A DNA stretch of 64,000 nucleotides from Bacilli bacterium (GTDB lineage: Bacteria; Bacillota_I; Bacilli_A; ML615J-28; CAG-698): the NCBI GenBank assembly GCA_050953065.1, contig JBMNLZ010000003.1:416001-480000 (forward strand), in the 5' to 3' direction. Both the position numbers and the translations under genes were made by a program. Under the pieces are notes generated by a model, which saw only the letters and a program-made list of their open reading frames with translations, ran no database searches and had not been told where the DNA came from. Below, in pieces: positions 26,910-37,070 of the stretch (its first letter is position 1; the number at the start of each line of letters is the position of its first letter).

Positions 26910-29288
26910 ATGTATCGAGTAGTTAAGCGTGACGGTAAAGTTGTTGATTTCGACCTTACCAAAATTTCAAATGCGATTGAAAAAGCATTTGTTGCTAAAG
27001 AAAGGGAATATCATCACGATATTTTAGAGATGTTAGCTCTAAGAGTAACTGCAAGTTTTGAACCAAAAATCAAAGATCATTTGATTTCAGTTGAAGACAT
27101 CCAAGACAGTGTTGAGGAAGTATTAATTCAAGCAGGTTATACTGATGTTGCTAAAGCTTACATTCTTTACCGTAAACAAAGAGAAAAAGTTCGTGAAATC
27201 GATAAAGAAGTTCTTAACTACAAAAAGGTAGTAAACGACTATGTAGATTTATCTGATTGGCGTGTTAAAGAAAACTCTACAGTTACTTATTCTGTTGGTG
27301 GACTTATTTTAAGTAACTCAGGAGCAATCACAGCTAATTACTGGCTTTCAGAAATCTATGATGAAGAAATTGCTAAAGCTCATAAAGATACAGCTATTCA
27401 CATCCATGACTTATCAATGCTTTCAGGATATTGTGCTGGTTGGTCTTTAAGGCAACTTATCGAAGAAGGTCTAGGTGGAGTTGAAGGTAAGATTACATCA
27501 AGCCCTGCAAGTCATTTATCAACTCTATGTAATCAAATGGTTAACTTCTTAGGTATTATGCAAAACGAATGGGCTGGTGCTCAAGCTTTCTCTAGCTTTG
27601 ATACATATCTTGCTCCATTTGTAAAAGCAGACAACCTAGACTACAAACAAACAAAACAAGCAATTCAATCATTTATCTTTGGTGTAAATACTCCTTCTAG
27701 ATGGGGTTGTCAATCACCATTCTCAAACATTACACTAGATTGGACAGTTCCTGCTGACTTAGCAGATAAACCTGCAATCGTTGGTGGAAAAGAACAAGAT
27801 TTCTTTTATAGAGATTGTCAAAAAGAAATGGATATGATCAATAAAGCATTTATTGAAATTATGATTGAAGGAGATGCTAATGGAAGAGGTTTCCAATATC
27901 CAATTCCAACATATTCAATCACAAAAGATTTTGATTGGTCAGAAACTGAAAATAATCGCCTATTATTTGAAATGACTGCAAAATACGGAACACCATATTT
28001 TTCTAACTATATTAATAGTGATATGTCACCAAGTGATGTTAGAAGTATGTGCTGTAGATTAAGACTTGACCTTCGTGAATTACGTAAGAAATCTGGTGGA
28101 TTCTTTGGTAGTGGTGAAAGCACTGGTTCAATTGGTGTTGTTACTATTAACTTACCTCAAATTGCTTACCTTGCAAAAGATGAAGATGAATTCTTTACTA
28201 GATTAAATAAACTAATGGATATTTCAGCTAGAAGCTTACATATCAAACGTGATGTAATTACAAAACTACTTAACAGCGGACTTTATCCTTATACATTAAG
28301 ATACCTTGGAAGCTTTGATAACCACTTCTCAACAATTGGACTTGTTGGTATGAACGAAGTTGGCTTAAATGCTAATTGGCTTCAAGCAGATATGACTAAC
28401 AAAAAGACTCAAGAGTTTGCTAAGAAAGTGTTAAATCATATGAGAGAACGCTTAGCTGACTATCAAGAAGCTTACCCTGGAGAATTATTCAACCTAGAAG
28501 CTACTCCAGCTGAATCAACAAGCTACCGCCTTGCAATGCATGATATTAAAAAATATCCTGATATTAAAACTGCTTCTAAAGAAGGTGATACACCTTATTA
28601 TACAAATAGTTCTCATCTACCAGTATCATATACTGATGATATCTTCTCTGCTCTTGACATCCAAGATGAACTTCAAACACTTTATACATCAGGAACAGTA
28701 TTTCATGGTTTCTTAGGTGAAAAACTTCCAGATTGGAAAGCAGCTGCTTCTTTAGTAAGAACAATTGCTGAAAATTATCGTCTTCCTTACTATACTCTAA
28801 GTCCAACTTATTCTGTATGTAAGAATGATGGATATATTAATGGAGAAGTTTATACTTGTCCTAATTGTAAAGAAGCAACTGAAGTATATAGTAGAATTAC
28901 AGGATATTACCGTCCAGTGCAACATTGGAACGATGGTAAAGCTCAAGAGTTTAAAGAAAGAAAAATTTATAATATTGCAAATTCAAAATTAGTTTCTAAA
29001 TCACTTGGTAGTGTCAAAGAAGCAATTGAAAAGAAAAAAACATTTATCACTGAAAAAGGAAGAACAATCCTATTCACAACTAAGACTTGTCCTGATTGTA
29101 AAATCACAGTTAAGTCTCTTGATAAATCAAACATTCCTTACGAATACTTAGATGCAAACGAAAACGCTACTCTAGCAAAAGAATTTGATATTCAAGCAGT
29201 ACCAACATTAGTTGTAGTAGGTGATGATGGAACTTATGAAAAATTTGTAAGATTTGGTGAAATTAAAAAATACGCTGAAAAGCATTAA
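26910..29288 (+). CDS. nrdD: Class III ribonucleoside-triphosphate reductase with ATP cone and C-terminal glutaredoxin-like domain
   Basis: VVKRDG ATP cone, MCCRL finger loop, EATPAES, YSRITGYYRPV glycyl-radical motif, TKTCPDC...VPTL tail. Confidence 0.93.
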   Translation: MYRVVKRDGKVVDFDLTKISNAIEKAFVAKEREYHHDILEMLALRVTASFEPKIKDHLISVEDIQDSVEEVLIQAGYTDVAKAYILYRKQREKVREIDKEVLNYKKVVNDYVDLSDWRVKENSTVTYSVGGLILSNSGAITANYWLSEIYDEEIAKAHKDTAIHIHDLSMLSGYCAGWSLRQLIEEGLGGVEGKITSSPASHLSTLCNQMVNFLGIMQNEWAGAQAFSSFDTYLAPFVKADNLDYKQTKQAIQSFIFGVNTPSRWGCQSPFSNITLDWTVPADLADKPAIVGGKEQDFFYRDCQKEMDMINKAFIEIMIEGDANGRGFQYPIPTYSITKDFDWSETENNRLLFEMTAKYGTPYFSNYINSDMSPSDVRSMCCRLRLDLRELRKKSGGFFGSGESTGSIGVVTINLPQIAYLAKDEDEFFTRLNKLMDISARSLHIKRDVITKLLNSGLYPYTLRYLGSFDNHFSTIGLVGMNEVGLNANWLQADMTNKKTQEFAKKVLNHMRERLADYQEAYPGELFNLEATPAESTSYRLAMHDIKKYPDIKTASKEGDTPYYTNSSHLPVSYTDDIFSALDIQDELQTLYTSGTVFHGFLGEKLPDWKAAASLVRTIAENYRLPYYTLSPTYSVCKNDGYINGEVYTCPNCKEATEVYSRITGYYRPVQHWNDGKAQEFKERKIYNIANSKLVSKSLGSVKEAIEKKKTFITEKGRTILFTTKTCPDCKITVKSLDKSNIPYEYLDANENATLAKEFDIQAVPTLVVVGDDGTYEKFVRFGEIKKYAEKH

Positions 29289-29292
29289 AAAT

Positions 29293-29325
29293 AAAAGGCT
29301 TGTTTTAAATAAAACAAGTCTTTTT
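29293..29325 (+). terminator. nrdD terminator
   Basis: AAAAGGCTTGTTTTA..TAAAACAAGTCTTTTT. Confidence 0.75.
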
Positions 29326-29599
29326 CATTTTTCTTAAATCTTAAAAATAAAATAATTGTAACTAATGTTTAAATTTATGGTCCAAAGCAACCAAATTATA
29401 ATTCCTAACTTTTCAAAATCATCTTGCTATACCCAAAATGTCTATCCATTTGTTTAACAAATGATAATAAGATTACTATAATTATAGTATATAGAAAGTT
29501 AAAATTAAACTAAACCCCTAAATTCGGACTAACCAGAAAAAGGAGTTCAGTTAAATAAGGCGATTTTAAATTAATTAGATTACTAATCAAATATTTTTA

Positions 29600-29674
29600 T
29601 GGCAGGACCAGAAGGATTCGAACCTCCGAATAATTGGGTCAGAGCCAACTGCCTTACCGCTTGGCTATGGTCCT
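29600..29674 (-). tRNA. tRNA-Gln(CUG)
   Basis: AGGACCA acceptor stem, anticodon loop CTCTGAC, TTCGAAT T-loop, encoded CCA. Confidence 0.93.
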
Positions 29675-29814
29675 AAATTAATTTTAGTTAAGACAACCTC
29701 TTTTTTATTTTAAGTTGCTTTTCTCTAAATCATTTCAAATTACATCACATCCATTTTCCTAATTTCAATTTATAAACAAAAAAACTTTGATAAAAATCAA
29801 AGCTTAATTTGTAT

Positions 29815-29889
29815 TGGCAGGGCCAGATTGATTTGAACAATCGAATGACGGAGTCAAAGTCCGTTGCCTTACCACTTGGCTATGGCCCT
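29815..29889 (-). tRNA. tRNA-Gln(UUG)
   Basis: AGGGCCA acceptor stem, anticodon loop CTTTGAC, TTCAAAT T-loop, encoded CCA. Confidence 0.95.
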
Positions 29890-29895
29890 AAAGAA

Positions 29896-29980
29896 TGGTG
29901 GTGGGGAGTGGATTCGAACCACCGAACTCGGAGAGAGTGGATTTACAGTCCACCGCGTTTAGCCACTTCGCTACCCCACC
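29896..29980 (-). tRNA. tRNA-Tyr(GUA)
   Basis: GGTGGGG acceptor stem, CTGTAAA loop, long variable arm, encoded CCA. Confidence 0.95.
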
Positions 29981-29997
29981 AACTTGATTGCTATAAC

Positions 29998-30026
29998 ATT
30001 TTACTATAAAAGTAAAAAGAATGCAA
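29998..30026 (-). promoter_or_regulatory. tRNA cluster promoter
   Basis: TTGCAT-17 nt-TAAAAT on the minus strand. Confidence 0.6.
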
Positions 30027-30056
30027 CCTTTTTATTAATAAAAATACTAATCCTTT

Positions 30057-30983
30057 CTAAGAAGGATTAGTATTTGGTAAAATTCTTTGAATTATTTCTA
30101 AGTTTTCTCGCATTAAAGAAATATAATTTTCTCCATTTTCTATCTCTTCATCAGTTCTACTTCCTAAGTTATGCATATAAACTCTTTCTCCACCAATACC
30201 ACTGACATAGATTCCGATATTACTACATTCTGCTTCATTCTTTGTTACTACAACATGTTTAATTCCTAATTCATTTGCTTGATTAATTTTTTCTTGAATT
30301 TGACTGCTTGGAACTTCGCATGAATCATTATCACTTCTTAATCTAATTCTCTTAATTCCATATGTATCTTCCCAATAAACATATGCATCATGGTCTACCA
30401 TAATATATCTATCTTTAAAAGGAACATCTTGAATTGCTAAATTAAAATCTCTATGTAGATCAGCTAAATCAACAGACAAACTACTGGCATTTTCTTCAAA
30501 GATACTTGCTTTGTCTGGATTTAATTCACTTAAGGCATCAACTACCACATCAAGCATAACAAGCATTCTTGAAGGATCAAGCCAAACATGAGCATCATAT
30601 AAATAATGATGTTCGTGTTCACCATGCCCACAAGACCCATCTGTTTCAACTAAGTTTAAATGATCTGATAAACATATTAAATTACTATTCTTAAAAATTG
30701 AATCTTTATTAGTTTCAATAAATGCTTCTAATCCTAAACCAATATAAAATATTGCTTTAGAATTAGACATATATTCAATTATCTTAGCAGTAGGTTCAAA
30801 GCCATGAATTGCTTGGCCTTTAGAATAAATCGACTTAACAGTATATTCATCTCCTGCTACAGTTTCAACTAGAAACTGAATTGGATAAACTGAAGTATAG
30901 ATATCAGCTTTTGCATTTTTCCCACAAGCAGAAAGTATTACTGCCATAAATAAACCTATCAAAATTAAAACTATTTTTTTCAA
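30057..30983 (-). CDS. Zn/Mn ABC transporter substrate-binding lipoprotein (ZnuA/AdcA family)
   Basis: Lipobox LSAC, SVYP, HGFEP, His-rich loop, DAHVWLDP, HDAY. Confidence 0.88.
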   Translation of the reverse strand: MKKIVLILIGLFMAVILSACGKNAKADIYTSVYPIQFLVETVAGDEYTVKSIYSKGQAIHGFEPTAKIIEYMSNSKAIFYIGLGLEAFIETNKDSIFKNSNLICLSDHLNLVETDGSCGHGEHEHHYLYDAHVWLDPSRMLVMLDVVVDALSELNPDKASIFEENASSLSVDLADLHRDFNLAIQDVPFKDRYIMVDHDAYVYWEDTYGIKRIRLRSDNDSCEVPSSQIQEKINQANELGIKHVVVTKNEAECSNIGIYVSGIGGERVYMHNLGSRTDEEIENGENYISLMRENLEIIQRILPNTNPS

Positions 30984-31516
30984 ACTAACACCTCATTTTT
31001 TATTTCTTCAAAACTTTCTTTAAAACTTGTATAGTTAATTACCTTGATACCATAAGCATCATCTTTAACAGTAATTTCTTTTAATTCACTTTCATTAATA
31101 TATTTTAGGATTTGTTCTGCTCTTTTATAAACTAAAACTATTTTTACTGCTCTTTTTTCACTCTTATATTCATCTTTTAAAAACTCAATTAATTCATTAA
31201 CATAACGTTGATTAGGATATCTTCTACCAGGGTTATTTTTTGGGCCTCCCCAAGTTAAGCTCCAAGTAGTTTTATTATTAACTGTAATACAAGAAGGAAT
31301 ATTTACATCTAAAATTCTAATATAAAAAATAGCCTTATCATTTTCTAATATATAATGATAATCTTTATGTTTTACTTTTGTTAAAGTTAAATTATAAAGT
31401 GAAGATATTTCATTTAATAAAGTCGAAATATCCTTAGACCTAACAAATGGTTTTACCGCAAAATCAACCACTATTACAAGAGCCATCAATCCTAAAAATA
31501 TATATAAAAATTCCAT
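30980..31516 (-). CDS. Hypothetical protein with N-terminal TM anchor
   Basis: AAGGAG RBS; coupled to the znuA-like gene; no recognisable family. Confidence 0.65.
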   Translation of the reverse strand: MEFLYIFLGLMALVIVVDFAVKPFVRSKDISTLLNEISSLYNLTLTKVKHKDYHYILENDKAIFYIRILDVNIPSCITVNNKTTWSLTWGGPKNNPGRRYPNQRYVNELIEFLKDEYKSEKRAVKIVLVYKRAEQILKYINESELKEITVKDDAYGIKVINYTSFKESFEEIKNEVLV

Positions 31517-31559
31517 TTAATAATCTACTCCTTAATTAATAAAAAATGCTTCCTTTCGT

Positions 31560-31619
31560 ATTATAACACAGAAGATTTATCTTTTAAACATTTTATTTTT
31601 TATTTTAATGTGTTATAAT
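31560..31619. promoter_or_regulatory. Divergent extended -10 promoters (lysS and the upstream operon)
   Basis: TGTGTTATAAT on both strands (31560-31570 minus, 31609-31619 plus). Confidence 0.6.
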
Positions 31620-31647
31620 ACATTTTGTATATAAGAGGTGAATAAAG

Positions 31648-33135
31648 ATGTATGATAACAATCTAACAGATCAAGAATTAGTTCGTAGAGCTAAAATGGA
31701 AGAATTACGTGAAAAAGGAATTGATCCTTTTGGAGCTAGTTTTAAAAGAACCAGCAATTCAAAAGAATTACTAACTAAATTTGAAAATCATTCTAAAGAA
31801 GATTTAGAAGCATTAAATTTAGAAGTAAGTGTTGCTGGTAGAATTATGACTAAAAGGGGAAAAGGAAAAGTTGCTTTTATGCATATTCAAGACAAATTCG
31901 GTAAACTTCAACTATATATTAGACAAGATATGGTAAGTGAAAAAGAATATGAAATATGCAGTAAAAGTGATATTGGAGATATCATCGGAGTAAAGGGGAA
32001 AGTCATTAGAACTGATATGGGAGAAATCACAGTTAAAGCGACTAGCTTTACTCATCTTTCTAAAGCACTTCGTCCATTACCAGAAAAATTCCACGGTCTT
32101 CAAGATAAAGAAGAAGCTCGCCGCCATAGATATGTCGACTTAATCATGAATGAAGAATCAAAACGCATTGCTTTTATGCGTCCAAAAATCATAAGAGCAT
32201 TTCAAAGTTTTTTTGATGGTTTAGGTTTTGTTGAAGTAGAAACACCAATCTTACATCCGATTTTAGGTGGAGCTAATGCTAGGCCATTTATTACTAAACA
32301 TAATGCTCTTGATATGAACTTCTATTTAAGAATTGCAACTGAACTTCCTTTAAAAAGATTAATCGTTGGTGGAATGGAAGCAGTTTATGAAATAGGACGC
32401 CTATTTAGAAATGAAGGAATGGATTCAACACATAACCCTGAATTTACAACAATCGAAGCATACCTTGCATATTCTGATATGGAAGGTATGATGGATTTAA
32501 CTGAAAACTGTTTAAGAAGCGTTGCTACTACAGTTTTAGGTAAAACTACTGTTAATTGTCATGAAAAAGAAATTAACTTAGGACTTCCTTTTAAAAAGGT
32601 TCATATGGTCGATGCTATAAAAGAAGTTACTGGAATTGATTTTTTTAAAGTAAAATCAGATAAAGAAGCACTAGAGATTGCATCAAAAGATGGCTTAACT
32701 TTAGAAAAACATAAACAATCATTCGGACATATCGTTAATGCTTTCTTTGAAAAATATGTTGAAGATACTTTGATTCAACCAACATTTGTCTATGGACATC
32801 CATTAGAGATTTCACCACTTGCAAAAAAAGATCCAAAAGATGAACGCTTTACAAAAAGATTTGAATTATTTATTAATGCCAAAGAATACGCTAATGCTTT
32901 TAGTGAGCTTAATGATCCTCTTGATCAAAAAGAAAGATTCTTAGCTCAACTAAAAGAAAAGGATTTAGGAAACGAAGAAGCTACTGAATTAGATGAAGAC
33001 TATTTAACTGCATTAGAATATGGAATGCCACCAACTGGTGGAGTTGGCATTGGGATTGATAGAGTTGTAATGCTTCTTTTAGAAGTTGATAGTATTAGAG
33101 ATGTTTTATTATTCCCACATATGAGAAATAAATAA
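31648..33135 (+). CDS. lysS: Lysine--tRNA ligase (class II)
   Basis: [40 protein letters not shown]. Confidence 0.97.
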   Translation: MYDNNLTDQELVRRAKMEELREKGIDPFGASFKRTSNSKELLTKFENHSKEDLEALNLEVSVAGRIMTKRGKGKVAFMHIQDKFGKLQLYIRQDMVSEKEYEICSKSDIGDIIGVKGKVIRTDMGEITVKATSFTHLSKALRPLPEKFHGLQDKEEARRHRYVDLIMNEESKRIAFMRPKIIRAFQSFFDGLGFVEVETPILHPILGGANARPFITKHNALDMNFYLRIATELPLKRLIVGGMEAVYEIGRLFRNEGMDSTHNPEFTTIEAYLAYSDMEGMMDLTENCLRSVATTVLGKTTVNCHEKEINLGLPFKKVHMVDAIKEVTGIDFFKVKSDKEALEIASKDGLTLEKHKQSFGHIVNAFFEKYVEDTLIQPTFVYGHPLEISPLAKKDPKDERFTKRFELFINAKEYANAFSELNDPLDQKERFLAQLKEKDLGNEEATELDEDYLTALEYGMPPTGGVGIGIDRVVMLLLEVDSIRDVLLFPHMRNK

Positions 33136-33665
33136 TGATTTATGTTGCTTATTTTGTAATTGCATTAGCACTAAGTGTTGATGCTTTCGCAGCCTTCTTA
33201 TCTTATGCTTGCTTAGAAGAAAAAAAGAAAAGTTTTTATGTCTTTGCACCACTGCTAATTGGTATATTACATATTGCTTTCCCTATTACAAGCTTTTACA
33301 TTATGAAGTCTTTAGCAATTGATTTAGACCTTTTAGGAAAAATCATTTCAGCTGTTATCTTTTTTCTTCTTGCTTTAATGGCTTTCTTTAAAAAGAAAGA
33401 ATGTCTTGAGCAACCTATTATAAAACTATTAAGTTTAATTTTACTTGCAATTGGTGTTAGCATCGACAGTTTTTTAGTTGGAATTTCACTATCCTTTACA
33501 ACTGATAATATTTTTCTACCAAGTATTATATTCGGAATAGTGAGTGCTTCTATTACACTTCTTGCATTATTAATTGGAAAAATCGTTATTAAAAAAATCA
33601 ATTTTAATTTAGATTACATTGCAGGCCTTGTTTTCCTTGTTTTAGGAATAGTTAATCTATTTTAA
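33135..33665 (+). CDS. MntP-like manganese efflux membrane protein
   Basis: ALSVDAF and VSIDSF.VG repeats, about 6 TM helices. Confidence 0.75.
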   Translation: MIYVAYFVIALALSVDAFAAFLSYACLEEKKKSFYVFAPLLIGILHIAFPITSFYIMKSLAIDLDLLGKIISAVIFFLLALMAFFKKKECLEQPIIKLLSLILLAIGVSIDSFLVGISLSFTTDNIFLPSIIFGIVSASITLLALLIGKIVIKKINFNLDYIAGLVFLVLGIVNLF

Positions 33666-33856
33666 AATAAACCGAAAATTTCAATTTAAAAGTCCAAGAA
33701 TATTAGCAATTAACTCGTATATATAGTATAATGTAATTATAAAATAACTATTGTTAATTGCACTTATTTCTTGAGATTACTTAAATTTTAAAAAATAACT
33801 CTCTTAAGAAATAAGAAAGTTATTTTTTATATCTCATCAAGAAAGGAGGAAAACTA

Positions 33857-36442
33857 TTGATTAAAAAATTTGTTTTTCTATTCTTTTTAGTACTTCTCTT
33901 ATCAGGTTGCGGAGATGGAAGACAACGAATTACACTTGTAAATAATAACGATACAAACAACACAGTTATAAAACAAGACTATGCAGAATCAATCACTCCT
34001 CCTGCAGCACCACTAAAAAAAGGGTTTATATTTATTGGATGGTATAAAGATAAAGACTTAACTGAAAAATTTGATTTTAATAATATGCCTAAAAAGAATG
34101 TTACTCTATATGCTAAATGGGAGCCTTTTCCTTATAATATTATTTATCACTTAGATGGTGGATATAATTCTAACTTAAACCCAAGAATGTATACTACTTT
34201 AATTTCTGTAGAATTAAACAACCCAACCAAAATAGATTATAACTTTTTAGGTTGGTATGATAATAAAGACTTTACAGGAGAACCTATTACATCTATTCCT
34301 AAAGGATCAATTGGACCAATTAACCTTTATGCTAAATGGGAAAAGATATTATATAAAGTAGCATTTAATTGTATTGTAACAACAGATTTACCTATAGTAG
34401 AAGGTGAAATTAATTCTCAAATTACACTACCAACTCCTGAAAAACTAGAATACACGTTTTTAGGTTGGAGACTTGATGATACTGTTTATCCTATAGGAGC
34501 AAAGTATTCTATTACAGGCAATGTTACACTAACTGCAATTTGGGAAGCTTATTCTAATGGACTTCTTTTTAAAATTGATAAAGGTGAAACAACCATTAAA
34601 TCCTATAATGGATCAGCTACAGTCTTTGTTATTCCTGATGCAATTATGGGTTGTCCTGTTGTTTCAATTGAAGCACAAGCTTTTAAAGGTAATAAAACTA
34701 TCAAAACTATGAAAACTGGAGACCATATTACTCATATTGGAAATGAAGCCTTTAATTCAATGGAAAAATTAGAATCTATCAATTTTTCAAACGAAGCAAC
34801 AAAATTAGGTTCTGCATTATTAAAAGGATGTAATTCTTTAAAAAGCATTACTATTTCTAGCAAAGCAAATTATAATTTTGAATATTATTTTGGAAACGCT
34901 CCAAGTAATATTCCAGAAACTTTAAAAACTGTAAAATTAGCATCGGGTGCAAATCCAATCAATACGAGACTTTTAAAAAGCAATTTTAAAAATATAACAT
35001 TGATTCTACCAGATGATACAATTGAAATTGCTGAAGAACAGTTTAAAGATGTAGCTTTAAAAAGTTTAATTATTCCAAAATCTGTTAGACGTATTGGAAA
35101 AAATGCATTTTTAAATGCTACTTCTTTACTTATTTATACTGAAGCATCCGTTAAACCTTGGGGTTGGTCTAGTATATGGAATCCAGATAATAGACCTGTT
35201 GTTTGGGGTTATACTAAAACTATAATAAGAGGTGATGTTGAATATGCCCTTACTAGCAAAGACAGCGCTTATGTAATAAGACAAGCAGCTGCTTCTATCG
35301 CAACTGATATTACTATTTTACCTAAGGTTGATAATTGTGTCGTGACTGAAATAATGCCTTTTGCTTTTAATGACAACCAAGTTATTACAAATATCACAAT
35401 ACCTCCTTCTATAAAACATATTAGAGAAAAAAGTTTCCAAAACGCTACAAATTTAATCAAAGTTAATTTTGTTGGAACAAGCAACTTATTAAGTATTGGA
35501 GAAAAAGCTTTTTATCAATGTAGAAAATTATCTTCTATAATAATACCAGTTACTGTTAATGAAATTGGTCCAAACGCTTTTAGAGGTGCTAGCATTTTAA
35601 CTATTTTTGTAAAAAATGATTCTCAAGCAGAAACATGGGATCTCCAATGGAATTCTGATGATATAACTGTCATTTGGAATTACAAAAAAACTGTGATTTT
35701 AAATTCAATAGAATATATATTAACATCTAACAATGAAGCATATGTATTAGGTCAAGAAGCAAATTCAAATGTAACCGATATTACAATATTGAATGTCATT
35801 GAAGGTTGTCAAGTATTCGAAATCATCCATAGTGCTTTTTGTGATAATTCTGTAATCAGCACAATTATCATTCCTGCTAGCATCCAAGTAATTGGAGAAT
35901 ATGCTTTTTCAAACACAAAAAATTTAAAAACTGTTATCTTTGAAGAAAATAGTCAATTAGATATTTTAGAAAACTATGTTTTTTACGGTGCTAGTGCCCT
36001 TGAAAATATTGAAATGCCTAAAAATATAACAAGCATTAATAAATATGCTTTTGCTAGAACAAACAATTTACAAAGCATCATCATCCCTGCTAGTGTTCAA
36101 GTAATTGGCGATTATGCTTTTAGTTTTTCTGGTTTGAATGAGATTAACTTTGAGGCTAATTCTAATTTAGATACAATTAAACAATCAGCTTTTTGGAAAG
36201 CAACTAATTTAGAAACCATCACTTTACCTGCTGGACTTACAACAATTGAAATTTATGCTTTTAATTTTGAAAGTTTAACAAGCATATTTATTCCAGAAAG
36301 TGTAAAAACCGTAGGTGCTTTTATTGTTAATGCATCTTTTCACAATATAACAGTTTATGCTGAAGCAACACATAAACCTGTAGGATGGAGTTCTTTTTGG
36401 TATCAAGGTAAACCTACAATAATTTGGGGTTATACTGAATAA
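33857..36442 (+). CDS. Lipoprotein with three InlB B-repeats and BspA-type leucine-rich repeats
   Basis: TTG start after AAGGAGG; lipobox LLSGC; GF.F.GWY...LYAKW repeats; I.IP.SV..IG..AF repeats. Confidence 0.85.
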   Translation: MIKKFVFLFFLVLLLSGCGDGRQRITLVNNNDTNNTVIKQDYAESITPPAAPLKKGFIFIGWYKDKDLTEKFDFNNMPKKNVTLYAKWEPFPYNIIYHLDGGYNSNLNPRMYTTLISVELNNPTKIDYNFLGWYDNKDFTGEPITSIPKGSIGPINLYAKWEKILYKVAFNCIVTTDLPIVEGEINSQITLPTPEKLEYTFLGWRLDDTVYPIGAKYSITGNVTLTAIWEAYSNGLLFKIDKGETTIKSYNGSATVFVIPDAIMGCPVVSIEAQAFKGNKTIKTMKTGDHITHIGNEAFNSMEKLESINFSNEATKLGSALLKGCNSLKSITISSKANYNFEYYFGNAPSNIPETLKTVKLASGANPINTRLLKSNFKNITLILPDDTIEIAEEQFKDVALKSLIIPKSVRRIGKNAFLNATSLLIYTEASVKPWGWSSIWNPDNRPVVWGYTKTIIRGDVEYALTSKDSAYVIRQAAASIATDITILPKVDNCVVTEIMPFAFNDNQVITNITIPPSIKHIREKSFQNATNLIKVNFVGTSNLLSIGEKAFYQCRKLSSIIIPVTVNEIGPNAFRGASILTIFVKNDSQAETWDLQWNSDDITVIWNYKKTVILNSIEYILTSNNEAYVLGQEANSNVTDITILNVIEGCQVFEIIHSAFCDNSVISTIIIPASIQVIGEYAFSNTKNLKTVIFEENSQLDILENYVFYGASALENIEMPKNITSINKYAFARTNNLQSIIIPASVQVIGDYAFSFSGLNEINFEANSNLDTIKQSAFWKATNLETITLPAGLTTIEIYAFNFESLTSIFIPESVKTVGAFIVNASFHNITVYAEATHKPVGWSSFWYQGKPTIIWGYTE

Positions 36443-36452
36443 ATTTAAAAAT

Positions 36453-36497
36453 AAAACACATTATTTTATGAATTCACCATAAAGTAATGTGTTTTTT
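36453..36497. terminator. Bidirectional terminator
   Basis: AAAACACATTATTTTATG...CATAAAGTAATGTGTTTT. Confidence 0.75.
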
Positions 36498-36517
36498 ATT
36501 AATTATTCAAATTTTTA

Positions 36518-37042
36518 TTACATATCTTCATATGCTAAAGCAAAAATATCTAAAGTTGTTAAAACATCCTTATCAAACTTAATAACATTTGAAATCTCTA
36601 AATCATATCTATCTAAAAGACTTAAACTAAAATCTTGATTCTTTTTTAATATCTCATCAATTTCTTTAAAGATTCTATCAAATAAAACTGATGCATCAAG
36701 TGATAATTTTTGTTTTTCTTTTAATGCTTCTAGATAATCTTCTAAATACATTAGATAACTTATCAATACTTCATATTTTTTCAACAACATTTTACTATTT
36801 AAAAAATATTCTTGAAAATATATTTTTATTTCATTGATTCTATCATATAAATAACTATAGCCAACTTCAAAAAATATTTGATATTCTTCTATTGGTAATT
36901 TTCTTTCTTTTAGTTCAATAATCTTATCTAATACTTTAAAGATTTCATCCATCCTAGAAAGTAAAACTGAAGCACTGCTTTCTAACATTTTTAAAAATGA
37001 ATCATTTTCTTTTTTCCAAGTCAAGTATTCTTCTATTTTCAT
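36518..37042 (-). CDS. Hypothetical helical protein
   Basis: 174-aa ORF with AAGGA RBS; no recognisable motif. Confidence 0.6.
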   Translation of the reverse strand: MKIEEYLTWKKENDSFLKMLESSASVLLSRMDEIFKVLDKIIELKERKLPIEEYQIFFEVGYSYLYDRINEIKIYFQEYFLNSKMLLKKYEVLISYLMYLEDYLEALKEKQKLSLDASVLFDRIFKEIDEILKKNQDFSLSLLDRYDLEISNVIKFDKDVLTTLDIFALAYEDM

Positions 37043-37070
37043 ATTTTATTTATTCCTTTATTATCTAATT

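Noticed and set aside
29326-29599. Non-coding gap at the 3' end of tRNA-Gln as an integration scar
   Set aside because: No duplicated tRNA 3' end, integrase remnant or ORF found.
29809-30009. 66-aa plus-strand ORF
   Set aside because: Antisense to tRNA-Gln and tRNA-Tyr.
33714-33760. Purine riboswitch suggested by TCGTATA
   Set aside because: Lacks the ATATGG, GTTTCTACC and CCGTAAA core elements.
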